DNA of 32,000 bases from Candidatus Saccharimonadota bacterium (GTDB taxonomy: Bacteria; Pseudomonadota; Alphaproteobacteria; Rickettsiales; Anaplasmataceae). Below are positions 19,351-28,774 of the stretch, in pieces. The notes under the pieces are model-generated. The model saw only the letters and a list, made by a program, of their open reading frames with translations, ran no database searches and was not told the origin of the DNA. Location of the stretch: positions 420,001-452,000 of the forward strand of contig CP085695.1 of NCBI GenBank assembly GCA_029715105.1, given 5' to 3'. The position numbers and the translations under genes are program-made. Every line of letters begins with the position of its first letter. The stretch's first letter is position 1.

Positions 19351-20076
19351 ATGTCTTATATGAGAAATGAACAAGATATTCGCTCTCGTGGCGTTTATTA
19401 TAGTACTGGACTTAGGGATTACTTAGTCAAAGTATATAATTATATGGCTTTAGCCTTAGGCGTTACTGGACTTATTGCGTTTCTAACGGTGTTCTCTGGA
19501 CTTTTTCGAATAATTTATTCGAATCCGTTTCTCTCGCTTATAGTAGCGCTGTCTCCTGTTGCTTTAGTATTCTATATGTCTTATAGACTTCAATATCTAA
19601 GTGCTCAGTCTACAATTGCTGTATTTTTTCTGTTCTCGGCTCTGATGGGTCTTTCTCTGTCCCATATCTTTGTAATTTATACTGCCGAAAATATAGCAAG
19701 AGCATTTTTTATTACGTCTATCATGTTTGGATCTATGGCCCTGTACGGTAATACCACAAGAAGAGATCTGACAAGTATGGGTTCCTTCTTAATGATGGGG
19801 ATTTGGGGGTTGATCATTGCGTCAGTGATAAATCTGTTTCTTGGAAGTAATCCCGTATATTTTGCAATATCGTTCATATCCGTGGTATTGTTCACATTGT
19901 TAACTGCATATGATTCTCAAAGAATTAAGGATGTCTATTATAAGTACAATGATGGTTCAGAAGTTGCAACAACTAAATTGGCTATACTTGGTGCAACTAA
20001 CCTTTATTTTGATTTTATCAATATATTCCTGAACTTGCTTAGGCTGGTTAATTTATTTAATAATAGTAAAGACTAA
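19351..20076 (+). CDS. BAX inhibitor-1/YccA family inner-membrane protein
   Basis: 241 aa, about 7 TM segments, with N-terminal LRDYLVKVYNYMALALGVTG and the C-terminal pattern AYDSQRIK...GA..LYFDFINIF typical of the BI-1/YccA family. There is a strong AAGGAG SD 7 nt upstream. Confidence 0.85.
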   Translation: MSYMRNEQDIRSRGVYYSTGLRDYLVKVYNYMALALGVTGLIAFLTVFSGLFRIIYSNPFLSLIVALSPVALVFYMSYRLQYLSAQSTIAVFFLFSALMGLSLSHIFVIYTAENIARAFFITSIMFGSMALYGNTTRRDLTSMGSFLMMGIWGLIIASVINLFLGSNPVYFAISFISVVLFTLLTAYDSQRIKDVYYKYNDGSEVATTKLAILGATNLYFDFINIFLNLLRLVNLFNNSKD

Positions 20077-20127
20077 GATGCCTTTCCTATTAAAAATGGA
20101 AATCAGGAGAAAGAAGGGATCCGTAGC

Positions 20128-20137
20128 TTTTTTTTTT
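20128..20137. repeat. T10 homopolymer at the 5' end of cox11 (frameshift site)
   Basis: Direct count of the T run between GC (20126-20127) and AAT (20138-20140). Confidence 0.9.
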
Positions 20138-20144
20138 AATATCT

Positions 20145-20630
20145 TTGGTAGTATCGATGCTATGTCTTACATATGCATCGGTACCGTTATATAGGGTTTT
20201 CTGTAGAGTCACTGGATATGGAGGTACAATAAAAAAAATAAATGATATAGTAAATGATAACATCATATTTAATCAAAAAATTAGAGTCAGATTCAACGCT
20301 GAGGTGATGCCTGATTTGCCGTGGGAATTTAATCCGGAAATTGGCTTTATGGACATAAATATAGGGGAACAAAGTTTAGCTTTCTACTATGCAAAAAATC
20401 TATCTGATAAGCCTTCGTTTGGCATGGCTATATATAATGTTACACCCTTTAAAGCTGGAAAATATTTTAATAAAATTGCATGCTTTTGCTTCGAGAAGCA
20501 AGTACTACTACCAAAACAAATAGCTGCAATGCCTATATCATTTTACATAGATCCTGAGATAATGTATAATGATGATACAAAAGACTTAAATGAAATAACT
20601 TTATCATATACGTTTTTTAAACTCAAATAA
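20145..20630 (+). CDS. ctaG: Cytochrome c oxidase assembly protein Cox11/CtaG (main frame; probable 5' extension 20078/20096..20137 lies in another frame)
   Basis: ASVPLYRVFCRVTGYGGT and CFCF motifs are diagnostic of Cox11. The upstream short frame encodes M(PFLLKM)EIRRKKGSVAFFF, the expected basic tail and start of the TM anchor. Confidence 0.85.
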   Translation: MVVSMLCLTYASVPLYRVFCRVTGYGGTIKKINDIVNDNIIFNQKIRVRFNAEVMPDLPWEFNPEIGFMDINIGEQSLAFYYAKNLSDKPSFGMAIYNVTPFKAGKYFNKIACFCFEKQVLLPKQIAAMPISFYIDPEIMYNDDTKDLNEITLSYTFFKLK

Positions 20631-21125
20631 TATGAACACCCTCTTATTTTATAAGAAGAGAAGAGGATTTCCTAATAAATCTTCTCCTTCCCCTTTTCTA
20701 TTTTTCCTCTTTTCCCACTTTACAAACGATTGTAAAAGATACAACGCAATTTCCTCCTCTTACGAGGATATCAAAATTAATTATTAAATTATTACACGTA
20801 TATATTTTTATTTCATTTTTATGAAAAATTTATCTCATAAAGTAATATTTAATTATTAACCGTTAAACACCTCTCTTATAATAAGACTCTACCCACATTT
20901 TAAACCTAAAAATTTCATCATATAAAAATTAACATAAAAAAAACTAAAGGGTACTTTCAGTTAAAACCATACTTTAAAATATTCGTGAATCATAAATACT
21001 TTTTTAACATAAAGCTCTAATAAAAATTATGTGTTAAAATAAAACGATCATCTTCCTCTTCGTAATAAAATTTTATAAAAATCGAGGATTTTATGTAAAT
21101 CCACAATTTCAAATTGAAATATCTC

Positions 21126-22577
21126 TTATTCAACTTCTTTTAACATTTCAACATCACTTAATGCAAAAGTTTTATTTTTTATTATTTGAAACTTTTCATG
21201 TCCTCTCCCAGCAACTAACAAAATCATATTTTCATTACTAGCAATATCTACACCTTTCTTTATAGCCTCTCTTCTATTTCCTATTTCTATTGCATTAGAA
21301 CAATGTAATAAAATATCGTAGCGAATTTTTGCCGGATCTTCATTGCGTGGATTATCATCTGTAACTATTACTTTATCTGCATATCTTTTTGCTATTTTAC
21401 CCATTTCTATACGTTTCTTTTTATCACGATCTCCTCCACAACCAAAAACTAAGATTATTTTTTTTTTAATAAAATGCCACTTTAATGATAATAAAGCTTG
21501 CCTAAGTGCACACGGAGTATGCGCATAATCTACAAATGCAAAAGGTAAAACCTTTTGCATTCTTCCTGGAGGTGAAGCAAGTTTATCTATACATATCCTT
21601 TGAAACTTCACTCCAGATGAAATAACTATACCAATCGCACATAATAAATTATGTGCTTGAAATTTTCCCAAAACGGGGAAAAATATGTTCTCATATAGTT
21701 TATCGTAAATTTTAATTGTTAAATATTGACCATTTTGTGTTGGTATTTGTCTTATCAAGGCAATACAGGAATCTATTTTTCTTCCATAAGTTATAATTTT
21801 GTTACTACGTTCTTTAGCTATTTTAAATAATTCATCGTAATATTTACCTATATCTGCATTTAAAATTACTGTTCTTTCCCTTGAAAGAATCTCATAAAAT
21901 AATCTTTTCTTAGTTTCAAAATATTCACTAATATTTTGATGATAATCTAAATGGTCCTGTGAAAAATTTGTAAAAGCTGCGGAAGTTACTTCAAGTCCAT
22001 GAATTCTATATTGATCAATTCCATGACTTGAAGCTTCTAACGCTAAGTAATGTTCTATATCTTTATTATTATTATTATTTATATCACGTAATATTGTATA
22101 AAGATCCTCTTCATTTGGAGTAGTAAGAAAACTACTATTATATTTTCTACTATTGTTGTTATTAATACTTATTCCGAGCGTTCCAACAGATATAGCGCTA
22201 TAATCTACGCTTTGCCAAATTTGACGACAAAACTCTACTACTGAAGTTTTACCATTTGTACCAGTTATGGCAGCAATATATTTTGGATATTTAAATTTAT
22301 AAAATTTACTAACTATTTTTTTATATATTTCTTGAGGATTGCGATGAAAAATTAAAACTCTTTTCATTGTTTGCGATATTATAACACATATATTTTCTTT
22401 TTTAATATAAAAACCAGTATTATTTACTTGGACAGATTCATTCAAATACTTTTTATACTCCCTAGAGGGGCAAACAAAAACATAATTTTTCTTAATCTTT
22501 TTTGGATTACACGTAATACCCTTGATTTTTACATTGAAATTAATATCAACGATGTTGAATAAGTCTACTAATTTCAC
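21126..22577 (-). CDS. murE: UDP-N-acetylmuramoyl-L-alanyl-D-glutamate--2,6-diaminopimelate ligase
   Basis: ITGTNGKTS P-loop, EASSHG, DYAHTP, and the TDDNPRNEDP (DNPR) motif of meso-DAP-adding MurE. The ORF is intact at 483 aa, with Asn-rich insertions. Confidence 0.9.
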   Translation of the reverse strand: MKLVDLFNIVDINFNVKIKGITCNPKKIKKNYVFVCPSREYKKYLNESVQVNNTGFYIKKENICVIISQTMKRVLIFHRNPQEIYKKIVSKFYKFKYPKYIAAITGTNGKTSVVEFCRQIWQSVDYSAISVGTLGISINNNNSRKYNSSFLTTPNEEDLYTILRDINNNNNKDIEHYLALEASSHGIDQYRIHGLEVTSAAFTNFSQDHLDYHQNISEYFETKKRLFYEILSRERTVILNADIGKYYDELFKIAKERSNKIITYGRKIDSCIALIRQIPTQNGQYLTIKIYDKLYENIFFPVLGKFQAHNLLCAIGIVISSGVKFQRICIDKLASPPGRMQKVLPFAFVDYAHTPCALRQALLSLKWHFIKKKIILVFGCGGDRDKKKRIEMGKIAKRYADKVIVTDDNPRNEDPAKIRYDILLHCSNAIEIGNRREAIKKGVDIASNENMILLVAGRGHEKFQIIKNKTFALSDVEMLKEVE

Positions 22578-22604
22578 ATTTATTTTATATTTTTATTTTT
22601 AAAA

Positions 22605-23795
22605 TTAAAACAATCTTGTCAATGCGGTATCTAAATCAGAAATTATATCTTCAAGGCTTTCAAGTCCACAAAATATTCGTATAAAACTTCCACCGTAATC
22701 TAAATTCATTACAGATCTTGATATAAATTTACGATCTATTGGTAGTATTAAACTATCACATCCTCCCCAAGAAGCACCAATTCCAAAAATTTCCATATGA
22801 TCAACAGTATAGCCTAATTCCTCACACGAATACTCCCTATCTAATACTATACTAAACACACTACTTGCTCCCTTAAAATAACTTTTCCACAACTCATACT
22901 GAGGATGTGAAGGAAGAGCCGGATACAAAACTTTTCTAATTTTCGGATGTTTCTCTAACCATTTTGCCACTGCTATCGCTGTGCTTTGATGTTTTTTCAT
23001 ACGTGTATGTAATGTTCTAAGTCCTCTATGCGCAAGATAACAATCTTGTGGTTGAATAGTAATTCCATAATTCATATAATTTTTATAAAGTAACTTAAAA
23101 TATTCTTCTTCTTTAGTAATAATAGCTCCCATTAGTAAATCCGAATGACCAGCTAAATATTTTGTAACTGCATATAATGCAATATCCACTCCATGTTCCA
23201 AAGGTTTAAATAATAAAGGAGTAGCCCATGAATTATCACAAATAGTTATAATTCCGTATTTCTTAGCAACTTTTATTATATGTTCTATATCTGAAATCTC
23301 AAACGTTATAGAGCCAGGAGTTTCAATCATAATAAGCGAAGTATTATCACGAACTAAATTAGATATATTTCGCGTTGGATCATAAAAAGTTATCTCTATT
23401 CCTCTTTTTATCAATTCATTTTCCGCAAATCTTCTAAGTCTATAATAACTATTATCTTGAATTAAAACATGAGAACCTATTTTAGTAAAAGTTAATATAG
23501 CGAAAGTGAGCGCAAATAATCCAGAAGGATATATTAATGCACGTCCACTACCCTCAATTTCAGCCAGAGCTTCTGAAAAATAATGAGCAGTAGGAGTACC
23601 TACACTGCTATAACTATAATCCCTAATTCCGTCATTAACTACATCGTACACGTTTTTCCCACTTACAGCATTTAGATAGTCCCTATATGTAGGAAATAAT
23701 ATAGTAGAAGAATGATAAATAGGCGGATTCATAGAACCATTATAATCAACGTACCTTCTTCTTCCAGCCTTAATTAATAAAGATTCCTCTCTCAT
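22605..23795 (-). CDS. metC: Cystathionine beta-lyase (PLP-dependent, Cys/Met metabolism family)
   Basis: The N-terminus (…AGRR..DY.GSMNPPIYHSSTILF), the PLP-lysine context AVTKYLAGHSD, and the C-terminal GGSFIRIFCGLE resemble MetC. Confidence 0.8.
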   Translation of the reverse strand: MREESLLIKAGRRRYVDYNGSMNPPIYHSSTILFPTYRDYLNAVSGKNVYDVVNDGIRDYSYSSVGTPTAHYFSEALAEIEGSGRALIYPSGLFALTFAILTFTKIGSHVLIQDNSYYRLRRFAENELIKRGIEITFYDPTRNISNLVRDNTSLIMIETPGSITFEISDIEHIIKVAKKYGIITICDNSWATPLLFKPLEHGVDIALYAVTKYLAGHSDLLMGAIITKEEEYFKLLYKNYMNYGITIQPQDCYLAHRGLRTLHTRMKKHQSTAIAVAKWLEKHPKIRKVLYPALPSHPQYELWKSYFKGASSVFSIVLDREYSCEELGYTVDHMEIFGIGASWGGCDSLILPIDRKFISRSVMNLDYGGSFIRIFCGLESLEDIISDLDTALTRLF

Positions 23796-23826
23796 TATAC
23801 CGTTTAATCTCTAAAAAACTTTTACT

Positions 23827-24126
23827 CTACTTATCACTACTACTCACCTTTCTTAAATTATATTCATTGCTTGTATATAACCGAAAAGAAATCGCATGCA
23901 CTTGTTTTATCTCATTTTTTAATAATCCATAAATCAACCTATGTCTTTTTAAAGTATTCATTCCAATAAAATCATCAGATATCAATACTAATCTGATATG
24001 TGAAAACACCGAAGAACGAGGAGAGAAATAATGACTTTCATGTTCAGAAGACTCGTCAATAATATCAATATTAATCACATTGATCACAGCACGTATTTTC
24101 TTATTTATCAAACTAACAATATCCAT
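23827..24126 (-). CDS. bolA: BolA family protein
   Basis: IIDESSEHESH...F.HIRLVLISDDFIGMNTLKRHRLIYGLL...VHAISFRLYTSNE matches the BolA signature. I prefer the ATG at 24126; the ORF-track TTG is at 24135. Confidence 0.8.
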   Translation of the reverse strand: MDIVSLINKKIRAVINVINIDIIDESSEHESHYFSPRSSVFSHIRLVLISDDFIGMNTLKRHRLIYGLLKNEIKQVHAISFRLYTSNEYNLRKVSSSDK

Positions 24127-24248
24127 ACACACCAAGAGCTAGCCTTAACAATTTTAATTTAACACAAATAAAAACTCTCTCGAGAAATAAACCTATCCCC
24201 CCTTTTTCCATAAAACTTTTAAAAACCCTCTAAAACCTAATAATACTT

Positions 24249-26177
24249 CTATTTATTTTCTTCTTTATTATCTACTACATCTCGATAATCAGAATCTACT
24301 ATCTTCTCTCCCTTATCACCAGAATTCTCTGATGAAGTATCATTATTTTTTGTATTACCACCTTGTTGAGATTCCCTATACATAACCTCTCCAAGTTTCA
24401 TAGACAATTGAGAAAGATCAACGATTCTTTGCTGTATTAAACTAACATCATCAACATTATTAGACTTACTAGCTTCTTTCAAATTGTTCATTGCGCTCTC
24501 AATAGCAGATCTATCTTTTGGCGAGATTTTATCACCATATTTATTCAATGAACTCTCTGTGGAATGAATCAAACTATCTGCTTGATTCTTTATTTCAATA
24601 AACTTCTTACGTTTTTCATCCTCCTGCGCTTTCTCTTCAGCCTCCCTTACCATTCGATTTATTTCATCATTAGATAAACCACCTGAAGACTGAATACGTA
24701 TTTTCTGTTCTCTTCCGGTAGCTTTATCTTTCGCAGAAACATGCACTATTCCGTTTGCATCTATATCAAACGTTACCTCGATCTGAGGTACCCCACGAGG
24801 AGCAGGTGGTATTCCTTCTAAACTAAACTGACCAAGCAACTTATTATCAACTGCTAATTTTCTTTCACCTTGATGCACTTTAATGTTAACAGCCGTTTGA
24901 TTATCTTCTGCTGTAGAAAACACTTGAGATTTTTTAGTGGGAATAGTAGTATTGCGCTCAATAAGCGGTGTGAACACTCCACCTAACGTTTCAATACCAA
25001 GAGAAAGTGGAGTTACGTCAAGTAACAACACATCTCTTACATCACCTTGAACAATTCCGGCTTGTATCGCAGCTCCAACTGCCACAACTTCATCTGGATT
25101 TACACCCCTATGTGAATCTTTACCAAAAAATTGCTTAACCTTTTCTATTACTTTTGGCATACGAGTCATACCACCAACGAGAACAACCTCACCAATTTGA
25201 CTAGCAGATAAACAAGCATCTTCAAGAGCCTTTCTGCAAGGAGCCATGGTTCTCTCAATCAAATCATCTACCAAACTCTCGAATTTGGCTCTTGTCAATT
25301 TCATATTCAAGTGCTTTGGACCACCTGCATCAGCCGTGATAAACGGAAGATTTATTTCTGTTTCCATTGCACTCGACAATTCAATCTTAGCTTTTTCAGC
25401 AGCCTCTTTAATCCTCTGCATAGCCATCGGATCATTCTTTAAATTAATACCACTACTTCTTTTAAATTCACCAAGTAAATAATTTACTACTGCATTATCA
25501 AAATCCTCACCCCCAAGATGGGTATCTCCGTTAGTAGCTTTTACTTCAAAAACTCCATCACTTATTTCAAGTATTGAAACATCAAACGTACCACCACCAA
25601 GATCGTATACAACTATAGTGTGTCCATGCTTTTTATCGAGACCATAAGCAAGAGCTGCTGCAGTTGGTTCATTAATTATTCTTAGTACATTTAATCCGGC
25701 AATTTTACCAGCATCTTTTGTGGCTTGACGCTGAGAATCATTAAAATATGCTGGAACTGTTATTACTGCATCCTTTACTTCCTCCCCAAGATAAGCTTCA
25801 GCAGCCTCTTTCATATTTCGTAGTATGAACGCACCAATTTGACTAGGAGAATACTCTTTACCGTTAGTTGCTTTAACCCAAACATCACCATTTTTTGCTG
25901 GAAACACCCTATATGGCACATTCAAATTTTTTATTTCAGGATCGCTGTACTGACGACCTATTAATCTCTTAGTAGCGAAAAAAGTATTACTCGCATTAGT
26001 AGTTGCCTGCCTTTTTGCTGGAGCACCAACTAACATTTCCCCCGATGAAGTAAAAGTAACTACAGATGGAGTAGTCCTTGCTCCCTCCTTATTTTCTATA
26101 ACTTTCGTATCCTTGCCATGCATTATCGCAACACAAGAATTTGTTGTACCAAGATCTATACCTATTGCTCTTCCCAT
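24249..26177 (-). CDS. dnaK: Molecular chaperone DnaK (Hsp70)
   Basis: [35 protein letters not shown]. The ORF is full length at 642 aa. Confidence 0.97.
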   Translation of the reverse strand: MGRAIGIDLGTTNSCVAIMHGKDTKVIENKEGARTTPSVVTFTSSGEMLVGAPAKRQATTNASNTFFATKRLIGRQYSDPEIKNLNVPYRVFPAKNGDVWVKATNGKEYSPSQIGAFILRNMKEAAEAYLGEEVKDAVITVPAYFNDSQRQATKDAGKIAGLNVLRIINEPTAAALAYGLDKKHGHTIVVYDLGGGTFDVSILEISDGVFEVKATNGDTHLGGEDFDNAVVNYLLGEFKRSSGINLKNDPMAMQRIKEAAEKAKIELSSAMETEINLPFITADAGGPKHLNMKLTRAKFESLVDDLIERTMAPCRKALEDACLSASQIGEVVLVGGMTRMPKVIEKVKQFFGKDSHRGVNPDEVVAVGAAIQAGIVQGDVRDVLLLDVTPLSLGIETLGGVFTPLIERNTTIPTKKSQVFSTAEDNQTAVNIKVHQGERKLAVDNKLLGQFSLEGIPPAPRGVPQIEVTFDIDANGIVHVSAKDKATGREQKIRIQSSGGLSNDEINRMVREAEEKAQEDEKRKKFIEIKNQADSLIHSTESSLNKYGDKISPKDRSAIESAMNNLKEASKSNNVDDVSLIQQRIVDLSQLSMKLGEVMYRESQQGGNTKNNDTSSENSGDKGEKIVDSDYRDVVDNKEENK

Positions 26178-26209
26178 ATAAATACCCCAATTTACCCGAT
26201 GTAAAATAC

Positions 26210-26238
26210 ATATAAGTATGAAACCTGCTGATTACAAG
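26210..26238 (-). promoter_or_regulatory. RpoH (sigma32)-type heat-shock promoter upstream of dnaK
   Basis: The minus strand reads CTTG-taatcagcaggtttcata(18 nt)-CTTATAT. This matches the alphaproteobacterial heat-shock consensus CTTG-N17/18-CYTATNT as I remember it. The -10 element ends 32 nt upstream of the dnaK ATG. Confidence 0.5.
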
Positions 26239-26266
26239 TCCTACTCGAAATTTCTAACTAGCTATT

Positions 26267-28024
26267 TTAAGAACCTAAAAGACGTGAAAACCACTTAGTT
26301 AACCAAAAATTGCTTTGTAAATTACATGAACTGCTAGCTTCACCACTATTACTCTTTACAACCCAACCAGAATTTTGCAGTGGTTTATTATAATAATTAT
26401 TTAAACTAATATCATTACCATGTTTCAAAATAAAAGTATCTAAACTTAAACTATTATCAATACTAACATTTAATTTTATATTAAATTCTTTTTCAATTGT
26501 AGAGATTGTATCACGTTTATTATTAAAAATATGTGCTACAATCGAACTGTGTACTATCAAATCAAAAAATTTATTCCTATTTTTAACTGCAGCATGCTGT
26601 AAATTTCTAAATATCGATGCAACAATTACTTCATAAGATTTTACTTTCCCAACTCCCTTACAATACAAACATTCTGTAGTATTAATCTCTTGTATACTGG
26701 GTTTAATTCTCTGTCTCGAAAATACCATCAAACCAAAATCGTTTATATAACTGAACTGAACCTTAGCTTTATCAAATTTAAATGCTTGTCTAATAGCAGA
26801 TTCAACAGATCTACAATAGTGATAGCTTACCATATCAATGAAATCAACTACTATTAATCCTGACAATCCTCTCAAACTTACTTGTCTTGATATTTCTGGT
26901 ACTGCTTCCATATTTGTCTTGTAAGCTGTTTCTTCTATACTATCCTCTCCTTTCATTTTTCCTGAATTTACATCTATTGAAACAAACGCTTCAGTTAGAG
27001 TTATCACTAAGGATCCTCCGGATGGCAATTTAACCCTATTATTATACAACTCAGAAATTTGATCTTCAATTCCATAATAAGTAAATATTGGAATAAAACC
27101 CTTATATAATCTATACCGTAACTTACTACCTTTTAATACGTTTTTAACGTATTGTTTTATAGACTCAAATACTTCTTTTCCAGAGATTACAACTTCTATA
27201 TTATTATTATTGCAAAAATCACGGATAGACTTCATAACCAAGTCTGCTTCATTATAAATCAAAGATGGAATATTTACGGCGGAAGCACTTTTTTGAATAT
27301 TTTGCCACAAAAAAAACAAATAATTGTAATCTTGCTCTATTTCTCTTTTACTCTTTCCGGAACCAATAGTTCTTATTATTAAACCTGATCTTTTTGGCAA
27401 CTCTATCGAATTCAATATATCTTTTAGTTGTTTTCTAATATTAACATCTTCAATTTTACGAGATATACCACCTTTAGTTACGGAATTTGGCATGAAAACA
27501 CAATATCTACCCACTAAAGTAATGTACGTTGTAAATGAAGCACCTTTACTACCTCGTTCCTCTTTAGTGAGTTGGACTAACATCTTTTGATTAATAGAAA
27601 TAACATCTTGTAATTTATATCTTTTATATAAAGATATTTCATTAGATCCATTAATACCCTTACTAACTATAGAATCATCTGAAGAAACATCTAAATCATT
27701 ATTATCTTCTTCTGTATTATTAGATACAAGACAACTTTCAAAAAAAGCCTCTTTCTCCTTTTCTGAAATATCAAAATAATCTGGAGATATTTCTAAAAAT
27801 GATAAAAAACCGTGCTTATTCCCCCCATATTCAATAAATACAGCTTGTAAAGAAGGCTCTATACGTTTTACATAAGCAACATATATATTACCCCTTAGCT
27901 GTCTCCTTTCTTTGAACTCTTGCTCAAATTCTACAACCTTACTATCTACCGATAAAGCAACCCTTACCTCATCAGAACAAACAGAACTCTCTATTAACAG
28001 CAATCTTCTACCACCACTTGTCAC
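26267..28024 (-). CDS. rne: Ribonuclease E/G family endoribonuclease (catalytic domain only, no long scaffold tail)
   Basis: S1 domain GNIYVAYVKRIEPSLQAVFIEYGGNKHGFL, VVDFIDM, and the Zn-link CLYCKGVGKV. There is an acidic/Asn-rich insertion after S1. A GTG start at 28024 is assumed; a TTG about 21 nt downstream is possible. Confidence 0.85.
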   Translation of the reverse strand: MTSGGRRLLLIESSVCSDEVRVALSVDSKVVEFEQEFKERRQLRGNIYVAYVKRIEPSLQAVFIEYGGNKHGFLSFLEISPDYFDISEKEKEAFFESCLVSNNTEEDNNDLDVSSDDSIVSKGINGSNEISLYKRYKLQDVISINQKMLVQLTKEERGSKGASFTTYITLVGRYCVFMPNSVTKGGISRKIEDVNIRKQLKDILNSIELPKRSGLIIRTIGSGKSKREIEQDYNYLFFLWQNIQKSASAVNIPSLIYNEADLVMKSIRDFCNNNNIEVVISGKEVFESIKQYVKNVLKGSKLRYRLYKGFIPIFTYYGIEDQISELYNNRVKLPSGGSLVITLTEAFVSIDVNSGKMKGEDSIEETAYKTNMEAVPEISRQVSLRGLSGLIVVDFIDMVSYHYCRSVESAIRQAFKFDKAKVQFSYINDFGLMVFSRQRIKPSIQEINTTECLYCKGVGKVKSYEVIVASIFRNLQHAAVKNRNKFFDLIVHSSIVAHIFNNKRDTISTIEKEFNIKLNVSIDNSLSLDTFILKHGNDISLNNYYNKPLQNSGWVVKSNSGEASSSCNLQSNFWLTKWFSRLLGS

Positions 28025-28311
28025 TTTCCGCCGTTGCCATTCATTTTAAAAATGATTTCATGCTACTCAACACATTACCTATTGTCAAGAATTTTACAAT
28101 AAATTTTATCATATAAAATGATATTTAACTTGAAACAAGAAATAATTTTCTACATGAAAGCTTCAACTTCAATAAAAATTAATCTTCATTTATAAACGAA
28201 TTTTAATGATGATTAAGATCACACAATAAGAGTATTATATTATATACAATTTATAAATAAAATAGTAATAATAAAAGGTAATATAAAATATATATATAAA
28301 AGGAATATTAT

Positions 28312-28512
28312 ATGGCAAAAAAAAGTACCTCTTTACTCGTCAAATTAGTTAGCAGTGCAACCAAGACAACGAGCACTGGTGAAAGAAAACCAACTGGTTA
28401 TTTTTACATAAAGAAACGTAATCCTAAAAGACTTACTAAAAAATTAGAATTTAGAAAATATGATCCAATAGTTAGAAAACATGTGTTATTTAAAGAAGAA
28501 AAATTAAAATGA
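28312..28512 (+). CDS. rpmG: 50S ribosomal protein L33
   Basis: 66 aa, basic, with the ...[32 protein letters not shown]33 pattern. An AAGGA SD lies upstream. Confidence 0.85.
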   Translation: MAKKSTSLLVKLVSSATKTTSTGERKPTGYFYIKKRNPKRLTKKLEFRKYDPIVRKHVLFKEEKLK

Positions 28513-28701
28513 AAAATTAATTTTTGACTTCTATAATAAAATAAAACACAGTACCATACGTTTACACATATTAATAAATATAAAATCCATAACTCTGAAG
28601 TTGACCAACTTAAATATTTAAGATAGTGATCAAAATTTTCCTCCAGAGAATTTACATTTAATCTATCATAGTACGTTATAAGACATAAATACCGCTCTTA
28701 A

Positions 28702-28774
28702 TGGCTGAGGAGGGAATCGAACCCACGACCAAGAGATTATGATCCTCCTGCTCTACCAACTGAGCTACTCAGCC
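28702..28774 (-). tRNA. tRNA with CAT anticodon (Met by anticodon; anticodon arm and variable loop resemble lysidine-type tRNA-Ile2)
   Basis: Reverse complement: GGCTGAGTAGCTCAGTTGGTAGAGCAGGAGGATCATAATCTCTTGGTCGTGGGTTCGATTCCCTCCTCAGCCA. It folds as a cloverleaf with a 7-bp acceptor stem, GCTC/GAGC D stem, anticodon loop AUCAUAA, and a GTTCGATTC T loop with one U-U in the T stem. It is not an initiator (G1-C72; no GGG/CCC in the anticodon stem). CCA is not encoded. Confidence 0.9.

Noticed and set aside
20632-20787. 51-codon ORF (MNTLLFYKKRRGFPNKSSPSPFLFFLFSHF…) starting 1 nt after the cox11 stop.
   Set aside because: There is no SD. Its openness is explained by a polypyrimidine tract that lacks the purines needed for stop codons. 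I recognise no family. It is worth only a quick conservation check.
28609-28622. Perfect 14-bp palindrome CTTAAATATTTAAG between rpmG and the tRNA.
   Set aside because: It is made almost entirely of A and T, so such palindromes are expected by chance here. I saw no second copy or associated gene.
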